DNA from: Lingula anatina
Lineage: Eukaryota > Animalia > Brachiopoda
Assembly: GCA_051362555.1 (NCBI GenBank)
Contig: CM120640.1
Coordinates: 24,538,225 to 24,602,224, forward strand
DNA: 64,000 bases
Reading direction: 5' to 3'
The notes below the pieces were generated by a model. That model did no database searches. It saw only the letters and a list, made by a program, of their open reading frames with translations, and had not been told where the DNA came from. The position numbers and the translations under genes were made by a program. This document shows, in pieces, positions 1 to 14,078 of the stretch; position 1 is the stretch's first letter, and each line of letters begins with the position of its first letter.

Positions 1-923
1 CCATTTGATGAGGTCTAATTGGAAATACTATACAACGAAAGGGGGTTTTCATACGCAGCAGTAATATGTTATTAGTATAGTTATATCACGTCACATGCGG
101 TATTTTGCCCTTTTACCCACTACATGAGAATATATTACTGTCAACATGAGTCGAGCACTCTCCATAAACCACATACAATGTGGCGAGGTACTTTGGTAAA
201 TGAAACGCATCAATTAATTCTATAATCTATATTCTGTACAAGTCAAAAGTTAAAGACGGAAAATTCCGAAATACCATTAGTCTTCTCTTCTAGTGAGATT
301 TGATTTGTGATCAACAGATTTGAAATAATTGAATACTCTGTATCAAGAAGTCATCTGGTTATATAAAACCTTTTCAGAATAACATAAACACATGTGAGGA
401 CACAGTTGTATGAAAGCAGGATTCCAGTAGGGTTTAATATTGTCGAGTGGCGCGTAGGCTGTATAAGTGTGGAGCAAGTTTTATTAGGTATTGTTATATT
501 TTTATATTAGTATGAACCCGTGGTGTTGCGTGATGTAGCTTATTACTTAGCGTGGGCCGGTAATCATTTCTCGTGACGTTGTTATGAAATTAAATTAGTA
601 CTGGGGTGGGCTGTATGATCTTCGTAATCACGGTTTGTGGTCAACATACCAATCCGTGGTCAATGCTAGCCAATAGAACCTTGGTGTATTCTAAGCCACG
701 TATCATGGCAGTGCGCGTTGTATAAACTATACTTGTGTCTGACGCCATAAAGTCATAGTGATTTTGTGTATTGAAAACCCTCGGTGGTGTTTGGTTAGAA
801 AGGATTATAACAATCTTGATGTTGCGTTTGGTGCAACTGTGGTTTTGTTTGGTGGAAAAAAAACATATCGATGGTGTGCTTTACAGCCCTTAGTGTTGTT
901 GTTTCGTATGTTATAGTTCATAG

Positions 924-1016
924 TGGTGTTGCTTCGCATTGTGTCCTTCCCACACTGGTGTTGCTTCGCATTGTGCCCTTCCCACACTGGTGTTGCTTCG
1001 CATTGTGCCCTTCACA
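924..1016 (+). repeat. 32-bp minisatellite, about 3 copies
   Basis: TGGTGTTGCTTCGCATTGTG(T/C)CCTTCCCACAC starts at 924, 956 and 988, head-to-tail with no spacers. Confidence 0.9.
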
Positions 1017-3973
1017 GCCCAAAGTAGGGTTTTGCCTTTTACAGCTCATAGGGGGGCTGTTTGCTACTGTGTTTCACAATCCTTTATGGTGTCGTTTCAA
1101 ATCCCGAAGTGGTTTTATTACACAGCACATTCTGACGCTTTGTCTCCCAATAGAGTTGTGTTTCACATTCCACAGTGGTGCTGCAGCTGTATTGAGTGTC
1201 AAAATCTTATAGTCGGTTTGGTGTGTCGCACGGCCTACGGTGATTTCTTGTTTTTTACGGCCTTAACAAGCCCCTGTGGGGTAGTAGTGTAGATGACAGT
1301 GCTTTTAAGTTCAGTCTATGTAACAGAATTGTGCTGTTTTAAGAACAGGTCGGCCTTTTGACGCCGATGGTATGGTGCTCTATTGTGTTCAAAGCAAAGA
1401 TACAGTCTGTGGTCTATAGACCAATTTAATGATGTGAGGCGTCAAGACCGTAGTGATAACAAAAACACTGACACAAACTAGAAACTCGAATTGCTAAAAA
1501 CAACTTTTATTGATCGAAGGCTGTCAATGAAAACAACAATCACGGATATGAATTGGTTATTTCAGTGCTGGTGTTGAATGAATCGCGATGAATTAACATC
1601 ACCATGGAGAAATGTGTGGCTTTAAGTGTTACATTGGCAAGAGTTCCCCAGTTAGGATCAGACCTAGAGTTCAGTGCTGTAGGAGTCAAGAGATTTACAA
1701 CAGGTGCGCATCGTTCACCATTAGGTTCATAATCAATCAGAAGAAACGATCAGCTATATATATTTTGTCCATTGAGGTAGCACACCACTTGCAATATATA
1801 CAGCTTTGTAGTACAACAATGCTCTATCCTGCTCAAAGACAATAATTGCATAAACGTGTAATTTGGTTACAGCAAAATGAGAATCGCATCTTTGCCTGCC
1901 AAATGAACATCGCACCCAAGTCGTGTTGCAAGTTTGAACGTAGCCGTCTCTATCGAAAAAAAAAAGAAGAAATATCGAAAGGCAGTTTAATTTCATGTGC
2001 CGTAGGCATTCTTAATTGAATGACAACGTAATTAACCTCTCCAGAAGTTTGCTCGGTTTCAGTTTGCTGTATCTCAATGGATTATCAGCATTAACTTTCG
2101 CCATAAGTTTACCTTGGCCCAGCGTTGCTATACATCTTCACACAAATCAAACAGACAATCTAGACCACATCTTAACCAGTCGGAACCACCATGAGATAGA
2201 TGAGGGGGAACATAGGTAATTCACACTAAAAACCAATGGTAATAGATACATTCATGCCCACATAAATGCTAGCGCCGAACGATGATTAGAAACACACATT
2301 TCTAGGTGCATCATATGCAGCGTGCGTGTACTCTTAATGCAACTGTGGTTCAAAGGGGAATACTTCGTTTGTTTTCTTTAGTCAGCAATGGGTAGGAGTT
2401 AATGAGTATGGGACAGCGCACCTCTTTTAACGCTCCTTTGAGATATACCGTTGTTTTGTCCTGGGAGCGTATGTTCAGCGCACTAACGAGTTGCCCCTAT
2501 CCGATTATGTCTGCTGCATGGGCTCTACGCCCGGAGTTTCACTGACCTCTGAAAACTCACCTCCGTATTATCAACATGCCTCTGCCTTTTCCAGTATCAT
2601 CTGAACCTGAGGGTGGATAACTGAAAACCCACAGGATAAACATCCAGGCGCCAACGATTTTAGTACCAAAAATAAACATGAATGATGAAGTTCAAATGTA
2701 CCAGCATAAATAATGTATTCAAGGAGGAAATGTTATGAAACTGTAGACGGAGATAATATCCATTTCCAGGTAGTTTAAACACATAACGACAACAGCATCA
2801 AAAATGACTTTTATAACCTTTTCTCTTTACATCTGTACAAATTACACAGAGTAATATGAGCCGTCAGCCTAGATACCGTTATTCAGCGTTAATGATAATG
2901 TTTCACCAGGTGTTATGCAGTACGCATTTATTAAAAGATACGAAAGTCGGTAACCGCGTATCCGACGCCTTGGGAGCCACCATTGATTGGTGAATATAAG
3001 AACATAAGCACTTTTGGAAACATGTTACTCAGCCTGTGTAACGCATGTGGAAATTACTATTTGACTCTGATATGAAACGTGGGTGATGTTGCATGCCTAC
3101 AATTATGAGGTCATGCAAGTATACATTGAAACAACACGAATGGATTTATTGAAACAGGAAATATAGCAATAGATTGAATATACAGTATATTGTATCTTGG
3201 GTATCATTGTATGGTTATAAACCAAACCAACGATTAAGAAGACATTGAGTATCAAATAATATTAGCGATACAAAACATAGCCTTGCCATTTGTACATGAA
3301 AAGGTGAAGCTTCAAAAGTTAACTTATAGAATAGAATTATAATGTATACATTTTCAAAGCTGCTTAAAAGAAAAACGCGTGTTTGTGTTTCTCAGATAGC
3401 GTATTTAGGTTCATAATACCATAAAGTCGCTTATAGAAAATGTTATAATTGTTTGTCAACTGAAGTTTCTTTGAGCGGTGCAAAGAAATCGATCTCTTTA
3501 AACCAATATCTTTGCACATGGCATTGCTTCAACATTATCTGTGGTAGCTTCGTTTTAAACACAGAGTTTGACGTATCTCATGTGTGTTTTCAAATACCAC
3601 CATATTTCTACTGCTAGAACAATTCATGGCCACGTACACTAAGCCATCATTATATACCAATTCCCGTTAATGTATAGTATTCACACATCTATAGAGTCGT
3701 GACATTCAAACTAGTCCATATATATATAGTATATACTAAGTTTTTGCATGCAGGAAAGGACAAGCAGTGTCATTAACCGATTTACACGGAGGCAGAGATC
3801 GATACTTTTGTTTCTTATCGCTGTGACGACACACAGCTGGGCTGATGGCATTTTATATACCTTTCCTTTATCGATTTCACATGGCCGCATTGCCTTCAGC
3901 ATGATATGTGGCTGCTCTGTTGATCATCAAATCAAGGACAAGCGTGTCTTGATACTATGTCCTTTCTTTTCAG

Positions 3974-6900
3974 TCTTACTGTGAGAAACAGTGAAGAGAG
4001 CAGGACCCAGGGAAGGGAGCACAGACTAGGCAGTATAAATGAATCAGACGAACCGTAAGTAGGCCTATACTTGGCTAACACCTACATTTTCTTCTTGTTC
4101 TTCTCATAATAATGAGAAGAAGAGTAAGAATAATCATGTCTGAAATAAGGAATTATTGTACAAAAACCATGACTAATATTCTCTTTCTTTGTTTAACTCT
4201 GTAGGTCCTACTAGTACTATTAAACAAAATGTTATATGGCGAGTAACGGAAGTAAATAGCCATGGTTTGCGTATCTAGGACTATTTGTGTATATTTCTTC
4301 TTAATGCAATGCGAGTATGCAACATTTAATATGATTGCTTTTGGATGAACATTTATGTGCCTGTTAACATTTTAAAAGATTTCATTAGTACGACATAGAG
4401 AGCGCTTGAAAATGATCTGTTTTACATGTTTGTCAGTATTTAATCCAAAGTTTGGAACAAATTATGCAGTATATGAAGACTTCACATCATAAGAAGGTTT
4501 GCCAGATGACCTCTTTTTATTTTTTTCCGAAAAAAGAGCATGAAAAATATAAATTTGTTACCCCGTGATATTTAAGACACACTTTTCTAATATCCCAAGA
4601 GAAGATATCGTATGTCAAGGAAATGAGGAGTAAACCCTCATAACCAGCTTCTGAAATTATCAGTGTTTATTAGTAATACACTGTAGCTAAATATATTGAC
4701 AAAGATATGAGTTTACGAGACGTAAATTATCAAGTCCTATTTCTGAAGCTCACGAGGAGAAGAAACGTCTAAAGGTAGGATATGGACATTACTAGGCTCA
4801 CCTGTCCTCTACTTGCATTCTAAATTGTGCAGTTTGTTAAATTCCAGAAAATGTTCGTCTGGACCTATTACTTTGTATTTTATATAAAGATTTCTTTTTC
4901 TCCATCCAAAACTATTGTAGGTAATTTTAACATCTTTGCCAATAATTGGATGGAGAAAATTAACCTTTCATATAGAGTCCAATTTCATATTAAGCCCCGT
5001 AACAAGTCCTAACAAGGCCATTTTAGGACTAATTCCAGGAAGTAGGCGGCTTGAATGCAATTAACGTTTTAGTTCTCTCTATCAAATTGTTCATTAATCT
5101 GTTCATTATGCTGACAGTTGAATGAAGGGCTAACGAATTTGGTGGGTTTAAATAAAAAGTCCACTCTTTAGAGTGCATTTTAAAACTGTTTTATTTAATC
5201 CAATTACTATCAGATTTCATTGCTGTTCTACATTCCTTTGCCCAATCAACAACAGATACACTGACAAATTGATTGCACAGATTTTTCCCTTTCATGAGAT
5301 AAAATGTGAAATCATATCAGTATGACTGGATGGAATGTATAGGACAGTACGAAAATTGTTTCTGTCTCGCTTCTGCCCTTGTTTTAGTAGCCGGGTCTAG
5401 TAGTGTTACGTAAGCAAACCATGTTCTCGACAGCACGTACGGCAAATACAGTGGATTCCGTTGACAAGTTTATCCACTAAGCTTTGAGCTTATCAAATAT
5501 AATGCGGCTAATGCCCTTTGGGAGTTAGAATATGCAATGCTTTCCGTATAAACTATGGCCTTTGTTCTGGATGTAGTCACTTGACATTTCTGACTTTTCC
5601 GTTGTCTTTATGAGAGCTTGTTGTTACAGCAAGTCTTGAAACCTTGATAAAAATGCAAATCACACACGTAATCATCCCTTCTGTGGAACATGTGATTAAG
5701 CATCTATACAGTCGCCTTTCGGCAAATAAACTACTCTACCCAAATGTTACGTCCCCTCAGCTACAACGTCAATGCGAATATTTAACCAAGAGCGTGTGGG
5801 CGGATGTACTATAGAAACGTCTCATCAGGCACCAGTCTGCAAGTCCAATCTTTCCCAAAGGGGCGTTGAATTCCATTTTTAAAGACAATCCATGTTAGTT
5901 TTGAATACCGTTGAATGTTCATTGGTATCAGATAATAATCCAGGTAAACCTCAATTGACCTACTATAGTTACGATTGACGCATATATTGCAGTTAATAGG
6001 CTCGTTTCAGCTGATCAATTTTACCACCTTAGTGTCATTTAAGTTGGAACCAGATACGGACAATCGGAACAGTTTCATACGTTATAATAGACATGTGTGA
6101 TTGCCTGTTTAGTGTGCGGGAGTTTATTTTAACTGATTAAATATAAACCCATTCAATTCATATTCGATAATGTTGGCCTGTGTCTCAACTCTACTTGTAC
6201 CTTTAACAACGGTGGCACCATTAGTTATTCCAGCGATATTCTATAGATACAGCGTACCATGAGGTACTATTATGCTACTGGCAATGTATTTCACCTAGGG
6301 CAATGTGATTAGAAAATTTAAATACTGTTTTTACAAAAACAAAAAAAGCTTAAATCATGAGGAAGTCCGAAGGTAACCATATTGTTGTACGAGACTCACA
6401 GGGCTGTGTCCTACATACGAGGTGGACAGGTACATTAGGTGGACAGTTACCAATATACCATGAAGCATACATCCTAGTTGTGAACCAGTAAACATAAAAA
6501 TGTTATACATAGACTTTAAATCAATTGTAAACAACCTTTTAAAGATATTGGGACTTTGGTGCCTACTTAAAATTGCGTTGGGCACCAGATTGTGCTATAG
6601 TTTTAGTGTTGTTTTTATAATGAAAAAATAATTTGCCATTCCCCGCAAACAGATATTTATGTGAATTGTTATGGTTAACAATTGCATATTTAAGTAATGT
6701 TCTTCATCTGTTTGCCTTGGTAGCTTTTATCCATTCATCAACATTTGTTCCACGTCATTCCGTTCCGATGAGGGTTAAAAAAACATACATATAAACAAAA
6801 ATTATATTGCTTATAAGGCCTGATGCATATATGTATATGTATGCATCCAATCCACTTATTGAATAACGTTTTTTTTTTCTGAAGTGAGCCATTCTGCATT

Positions 6901-9900
6901 GCTACTTTAAAAGTGTCAAGGATTTCAATATTGTGAGAACGCGAACAGGATTAGCTGTCGGAAAGGACAGGTTGGAATTACAACCAATACGTAACTCGGT
7001 TACAGACCATGTGCTTTTTGTATGTTACCATGTTGAAAGCTTATTATTTTTCCCCGGAAGACCTTGCGGCAGTGTCACTTAAGTTGGCAATGCATTTGAT
7101 CTAATTTATAGCTGGCATCGCTTAGACGATTAGTAGACAACGCATCAGGGTACTTGTTCGTTAGCATTTGATTTCACATGGAATGCATTTTATTTCTCTT
7201 ATATTATGATAAAATAAATTACCTACATTTCGTTCAGTTCATTTATTTCATGCATATGATTCTGTTAACAGTTCTATTGCAGATTCTTTTAATATATGCC
7301 CTCCACTTTCTATTTTCCAGCTATTTAAATGAATCATAATAATGATCAGTAAGATTTCAATATGTGTTCACTTTAAATTCCAGACCAACGTTAGAAGAAA
7401 TTCGGTCCTGGAACGACTCATTCGACAAACTAATGAAAAGTCAAGGTAGGAGTATAGCAATCTGACCAGCATATAGCAATCTGACCACTCGAGGAAGTTG
7501 TCCGCTGAAACAATGTTTAATGCGCATCTGTTTGTACAGTTTTCCATGAAGCCACTATTTACACGTTTCGATGGTTAATAATACATGAAAATATGTTAGC
7601 CATAGATGTATTTCTTAATGTCCAGTTGCACGATTCTGGCAAATGATGTAATTATAGCATGTTTGGGGATGGAATTTGTTTGGAGGCTTTTCTAGTCGCC
7701 AGATCAACCATAGGCTCAATCCTTCAAGCAATACAGAAAGTAAAATAAAGCGTTATCTTAAATTGGTGTTAAAATATGTATCATTTGTTTGAGCCGAAAA
7801 TATACATTGGTCTCCAAAGGTTACATGTCTATTTTGGGACAATATTTATGGAAAAAGTTCTGATGAAAATATCAAGACATGCTGTTGTTCTTGATTTTTA
7901 ATAATCACTGAAGGTCTCATAATTTCACAAGTGGTTAAAAATTTAAGCTTGTTATTATTCCCTTCCCTATTTATAGAATGTTTTCAGGCGGAATCACACA
8001 AAACTGACAATTTAGCTTGTTAAAATATACAATTTGTCTACAGAGAGAATTAGCTGGTTTTGCTAATGATTTGCAGGGGCAATTACAAGCTTTTTCTACG
8101 TCATACGGAAAACATACAATCACATACCCGTGTATCCAATTGCAACGAACTATATGCACTACTCTCTAATTAACTTATTTATTTGATAGAAGCGCGTAAT
8201 TTTCGAAAGGGCAGTCTAACCTTCTCTCTGGGATGAATTTTTGTGTAAGCTAAGAATGATATCTACCCCTGGTATCAAATAAACAATTGAGCATAAAAGA
8301 CATGTTAAAAATTGGTATTTATAGAAAATGAGTTCCATTATCCACCTCAAATTGACCAATGCCGTGCCATTATATAAGTATACCAAATAAATGGCATTCT
8401 CTTGGTAGTGGGCACGCAACATTGATAGAGCCAAGGATGTAATGGTTACAAAAGAAACATCACTCGTAAAACTCAACGGACAAAATGCGTGTCACGGAAT
8501 ATAATATCAGCAAAGAAAATCTAAATCCGAGGAATGACGACAAAATGTTTGTCACGAAATAGAATAACCAAAGAAATTTTTAACCCGTCGAATGCCAGAA
8601 AATCATAACTAACATCTCTCCGTGATTACCATACGGTTTTGTTGAACACGTGATTGAATTTTTTTGTAAAAGTGATTTCACTGCTTGTTTAATTTTCTCA
8701 CCGCTGCCATGCGTGAATAAAACCTTCAAAATAGCCATAATTTCCTAATTCTTTTTTTCGACTCAAGAGAATTATAATGGAACAGCAAATAAATCAAGAT
8801 TAGCTTTAGCGGAGTTGGGTTATTCTCATTGTATGTGGCTTTAGTCTTTTAACGGAAGTAGAATGAGCATTGGAGCTAATATATTAACTAAAGGGATAAA
8901 ATATTTATACGAGTTATGCCTTTGTCATTGATTCCACAATGCACTCTGTTTCCTTGGTAACAAGAGATGGTATGGAATTGCAAATCTATTGATTTTATGT
9001 CCGTCTGGAAACAATGCAGTACGAAACCCCTTTTTTCCATTTTATGAAGCAGTTGATAATTTTATATTCGTAATTGTTAAGGATGAATAAGATTCTGGAT
9101 TTTATGGAGACATTTGAGTTTCAAAGAGGCACTTTTCATGATGATATTGTGACTATCTTATAATGGTTTAAAAGCATTTTGCTAAAGCTGAGCGAAGGTC
9201 AGAGAGTACACGCACCTCTCATGGCGGATAGCTGGCATATAATTTCAAACTGTTTTGCTGTTGTCGTTATTTCAAATCTTCAACATAAAAATTATTATAT
9301 TTTCATAACATTTTGACGTGTGCCTAAGCTGATTATTTTGTACATGTAGACATTATATCAAGTGACCTGACGAAATGACATTTTACAAAATAGAATTGAA
9401 CAAAACCCAGGTAGTTTTACAGATGACAGTAAGCCCAAAGCATTTTATTTCTCAAAACTAATTCTTTATCCAAAAGCAATTAAGCCTTTTCAATGAGCCT
9501 TTTCAACCAAAAATCTTCATTTACAAGGTAATAGCAAAACGTCTGAATTAGATTAATATTTTACACTGAACTATTATATGTCAAATATAATAAAAGTGGA
9601 AATGATGCGTGCGTATTTTTGATCTAGTTCTAAGCTAGGCAATACACCAAGCTTTCAGGCCTGATATGTGCCTGCTTTGTCATTCCCAAGACTTCGTGTG
9701 AGCAGACTCATTAAAGCGAGTTTTGATTCAAGCTAACCGCGCCAAACACAACTATGTCATCAGTCAGCCAAACGGTCTTTTAATTGCATCCGTTGCCCGT
9801 TTAAGGGGACACGAAAATTGGGTGGTTAAATGAGCATTTGTGATTGGTGCCGCTGGTCAGACCCCAAAAAAGGTGCCATAATGGATAAAGTTTTTGCAAC

Positions 9901-11942
9901 TGTGTGATCGTTTGTATATCTATTTATTCATTCATTTATTAGTTCTGTGTCCAGGGAATATAAAATAGTACTTACTTAAATGTATGCATATCGTTTGCTT
10001 GCAAAAGGACTTTAAAGATGCATTTGAAGTCAATTTTCTTGTCACAAAAGCTAACCAGATGCCAACATATAGTTTCAAATAGTTTAATACCATTTGATAT
10101 GGTTTTATATTAATTGACATTAGAACAGATATTTTGTGTTTACTTTCTGTGCTGTATATAGCCAGGGCAGATAAGTAGGTCAGATAAGTAGGTCACATGA
10201 CGACCTAAATTTGAAGAAAGTCTAGTTTAAAGCTCTTTTATGGCTGATGGAGTGATTTATTCGGTTCATCCCTTGGTGTGTCGACTTTATTTGAGTCGTA
10301 TAAGAAACAAGTAGAATTGGTTTATGCGTTAATCCACGCTTGTTTCAAATGTATCTTTAAGTAACTTTTATCGCGTTTCTTTTTCGTCTTTCCCTACTCT
10401 TCTCTTTCAAAACAATGATTCCAACATAGCCTGAATGTCTACAGGGTTGAATTCCGGAAAGGAATTGTTTTAATCATATACTAATTTACCTACCTGAGTC
10501 CCAAGTCGAACTGTGGGTGTTATTTGTAGTAGCCTTTAAGTTGCAGTGACACAATTTAATCTTTTGCAGCAGGAAGAAGAGTATTCAGGGAATTCCTTAG
10601 ATCAGAATACAGTGAAGAAAACATGCTATTTTACTTGGCTTGTGAAGATTTAAAGAAGGAATCTAATCCTGAACTTATAGAAGAAAAAGCAAGATTAATA
10701 TATGAAGATTATATTTCCATATTATCGCCCAAAGAGGTAAGTATTTCACGTAGTTTTTACTGATATCAGTGTAGATCGAGTTCAAGAATAATATCACAAA
10801 AACAAAACTGCGTCTAACAGACCGACCAGGGTTCCGTAACTCGAAAGCATCGTGAATTGCGACCGAGCGCAAGCGTCTCTATTCCATAACTCGGGATTTA
10901 CGCACCCCATATAATAGCCTCGAAATAAAAGGTGATATCGCTATTCGCAGTTCGCGATGCTTTCGAGTTACGGAGCCCAGACCTTGTAACCCACACGTAG
11001 ACTGGGACCTCGAGTATATAAAAAGTCAACTCTTCATAGTAATCGGGTGTAATCAACTTCGGGATTTCATGTTATCTGCACAGGTTCAAGTAAACTATGG
11101 CGAGTGGGGGATTTTTTAGTATCTAAAAATTGGAAGACACGCAGGCCAGGTTATATGTTTGTTAATCGGTGCAAAGAAGACCAACAATTCAGTCGCCTTC
11201 GGCGGGCAATGCCCCCGTATCTAGAGCACTCCAAATATTGAAAACTATAACAACCTGTTTTTTTTTTCGCTTGCGCTCGATGAAGTGGTATCCTATCATC
11301 ATTACGGCTGTACGCATTTTCTAGACTTTGGTAATCATCCAAGCACTCGCCACTCAATCACTCTCACATGACTTATAAGGTTTCAGGAAGTTCCATTTTT
11401 CTGATGCTGCCAACCAAAGTGTTCTATCAGTTTCACTCAAAATAATAGACAAGCACGACAAAGAATTTACAATATGTATTTTTTAGGTAAAAACGATTCC
11501 CGTGCATTTTAAGTATAAAAGTTTAATTTCCACATGTCGCATGAATTGAACATAGTGAACTTAATAACGGACTTCCCTTTGAACGTGTTAATTTGTATCT
11601 CAATGCCTTCATATTGGCAGTATGCTGCGTGGGTTTTAATAAATAGAAAACAATAACACATGCCAGATATCGTTATATTACGCGTCATCTATACATGTAG
11701 ATGTGATGCCATTTCATTCTCTGACTTTTTTTACCATTTTCTGTGACACTTTCATATAAACATTTCAGGTCAGCTTGGATGCAAGGGTTCGAGAAATAGT
11801 CAATAGAAACATGGTGGACCCTACTCCTAACACATTTGACGAAGCACAGCTTCAGATATACACACTGATGCACCGGGACTCTTATCCTCGATTTCTAAGT
11901 TCACAAATATACAAGCGGCTCTTACAACAGACACAGTCGTAG
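3974..11942 (+). CDS. RGS20: Regulator of G-protein signalling, RZ subfamily (RGS17/19/20-like); 5'-partial, last four coding exons
   Basis: GT-AG exons 3974-4054, 7384-7445, 10570-10736 and 11769-11942 splice in frame to (C)LTVRNSEESRTQGREHRLGSINESDEP-PTLEEIRSWNDSFDKLMKSQ-AGRRVFREFLRSEYSEENMLFYLACEDLKKESNPELIEEKARLIYEDYISILSPKE-VSLDARVREIVNRNMVDPTPNTFDEAQLQIYTLMHRDSYPRFLSSQIYKRLLQQTQS*. This is a typical RZ RGS box. The cysteine-string exon was not found and presumably lies upstream of base 1. The symbol is approximate (co-orthologue of RGS17/19/20). Confidence 0.95.
8479..8596 (+). repeat. Degenerate 60-bp tandem duplication in an RGS intron
   Basis: GACAAAATGnnTGTCACGnAATAnAATA..CAAAGAAA..GAATG begins at 8479 and again at 8539. 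Confidence 0.75.
10827..10980. mobile_element. MITE (non-autonomous DNA transposon), 154 bp, about 36-bp terminal inverted repeats
   Basis: Left end CAGGGTTCCGTAACTCGAAAGCATCGTGAATTGCGA; reverse complement of the right end CTGGGCTCCGTAACTCGAAAGCATCGCGAACTGCGA. AC flanks both sides. Confidence 0.85.
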
Positions 11943-14072
11943 TGCAATTATATCGTAAGGTATATTTTCTAGTGTGTTTGGGTTGTTTGCGCCCAAATGC
12001 AGGTCTTTTTCTCTGGTCATTGCCACCACCCTGTGCGCTTCGTCTATGACGGGTCTACAAGTATTCAAGGCGGTGGACATTGTGACCTCAAAGCCCAAGG
12101 AACCACTTGTCTGAATGACGCCTGTTCCATGAACAAAAGAGGATTCATAAAGCACGACCTAGGGCTGGAAACGCAGACAAACGAAATTAGGATGTCCAAT
12201 ATATGGAAGAAAACTCAATTTTTCTTGTTTCTTTTTTTCTGGACACAGACTTACGTTTCTACTTGAAGTTGTGAACGTGATTCTCGCATCAATACTCAAC
12301 ATTCTGCTAGGCATGAAGGAAAGCGGAACTCTGTTTAGTAGTTTATATGTATAATGATACTATATGCATTCCTTTTCTCAAGCCCCACTTCTCCTGTCTG
12401 GTTGAAAGTTCGCCAAGGGGGGTGGGTGGTTCTCATCCAAGAATACACGGAAGTCGGAACAAAGCCCCTATATATTATTGTTTAGTAGGCCTATCTAGCA
12501 TCTCGCATACCATACAGTATATACCACCAAACGTTTAAAACTTCGACAAAAGCGCACACATTGCTGTTGAGATGTAGCGTTAATATGTTAATATTTTTTG
12601 TAGTGAACAATAGCACTCTGTAATTAACAAGTTTCAAGGGAAAAAATCACAAGAGAAAGTATTCTGGTATTTTGTATTATCGTGGAAAAAACTGGTTCGA
12701 TGGCGCCGCTGCTGATTAGCACAAAAGCCACCTGTCCTTTCTTATGCCACTCAGTTTTCGATAACTTTCGTCATCACATCGTACAAAAATGGAGCACATA
12801 ATCACCACGTTGTTGTTCAGACAGAATATTTACCTCATTAGCATTTTCTATTTCATAAACTTTTAAATGTTATACAGTTTACTTCATGCGAAACTCCGCC
12901 ATTTTCTTTCTTCTTTGTTGAGTCCGCACTTCACCGCAGGAACTTGCAATATACTGTTACCAAAAACAATACGTGTGCAATTTTATTCCGTTAGGGTTAT
13001 GAAAGTACAGTTTGGTTACACGCAAGGTTAATCCCATCAATACCATAAGGAAATATAGAGCAAGTGGTATATTCTGAACAAAACCTTTACTCGATTCATA
13101 AACGAGTGGGATGGATATCGACCGGCGTGCGTGCAAGAGGGAGACATTAAACGACAACAGTACAATTGAACATTGGAGGTTTGCTTAACCGAACAGCCGT
13201 AGGGAATGGCTTTACCTGTAGTTAAAGGATAAAATCTTTGTTGTCTTACTTAGTCGATATCGCAGATTAATTTGAGCATGGTACCTAAGTAAGACAAAAA
13301 ACGAGAGAAAAGGCCATTGTGTATTCTTCACCGCTATTTGCCAAAGGATTTGATAGTCATTGAAGAATCTCTTCATAGTTTATTTTGATACAAGATCAAA
13401 CAACCCACTAAAACCTAGTATTACGTCTATAATTTAGATGTTCTGTTTCTGTTTTTATTTAAAGATTTTAAGAATGGTTTTATTTTTATTCATATGAGGT
13501 TTAAATATTATCCATTGCACTAAATAAGGAGAAACGACGCGAGTATCAAAACAGAATTTATTTCATTTTGAGATTATTAAAAAAACTACTATCAAATCAC
13601 TTTAGATACTAGCATGCCAATTATAAACCCTCCTCTTATTGCAACGCATACCGTTAGGTCATCCCAGTCGCATGGCAGGTTGAATAGTTCAACTTCTACA
13701 GACTGCATTTGCAGGGCCGTGTTAGCATATACAGAGCAATATATCTCTCAGCGGGCGTCGATTCCTCCATATTTTTCCACACACAGCGAGATTTAACATG
13801 ATATAAGTAGCGCTTTCAGTTCTGATATCCAACCAGTATCGAAGGGAATATATGGAGGAATGGTGTCATTTCCTTAAACATGTTGGTTTGAGGTGTGTGA
13901 TTAGCCAAGTATAGACGTCACTTTTACATTTCTTTACATGTTTCAGTGTTGATTATTTTAGAATATTTATTTCTTATTTAACATTATTCACATCAGATGT
14001 AAAAGAACAACGTATTCGCATCTGATGGTGATGTTTTAATTTATTACTGCGACGATGTTATTCATTATGTGA

Positions 14073-14078
14073 AATAAA
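14073..14078 (+). terminator. Candidate polyadenylation signal of the RGS gene
   Basis: AATAAA followed within about 40 nt by a GT-rich (TTTG)n tract, implying a 3' UTR of about 2.1 kb. Confidence 0.5.

Noticed and set aside
924-1016. 32-bp repeats resembling a CRISPR array
   Set aside because: The units are contiguous with no unique spacers, no cas genes are present, and the context is a eukaryotic intron.
805-1292. Overlapping ORFs of 60-117 aa
   Set aside because: By-products of the tandem repeat; no recognisable domain or splice support.
12990-13000. TTAGGG hexamers near a telomere helicase gene
   Set aside because: Isolated single copies with no tandem telomeric array.
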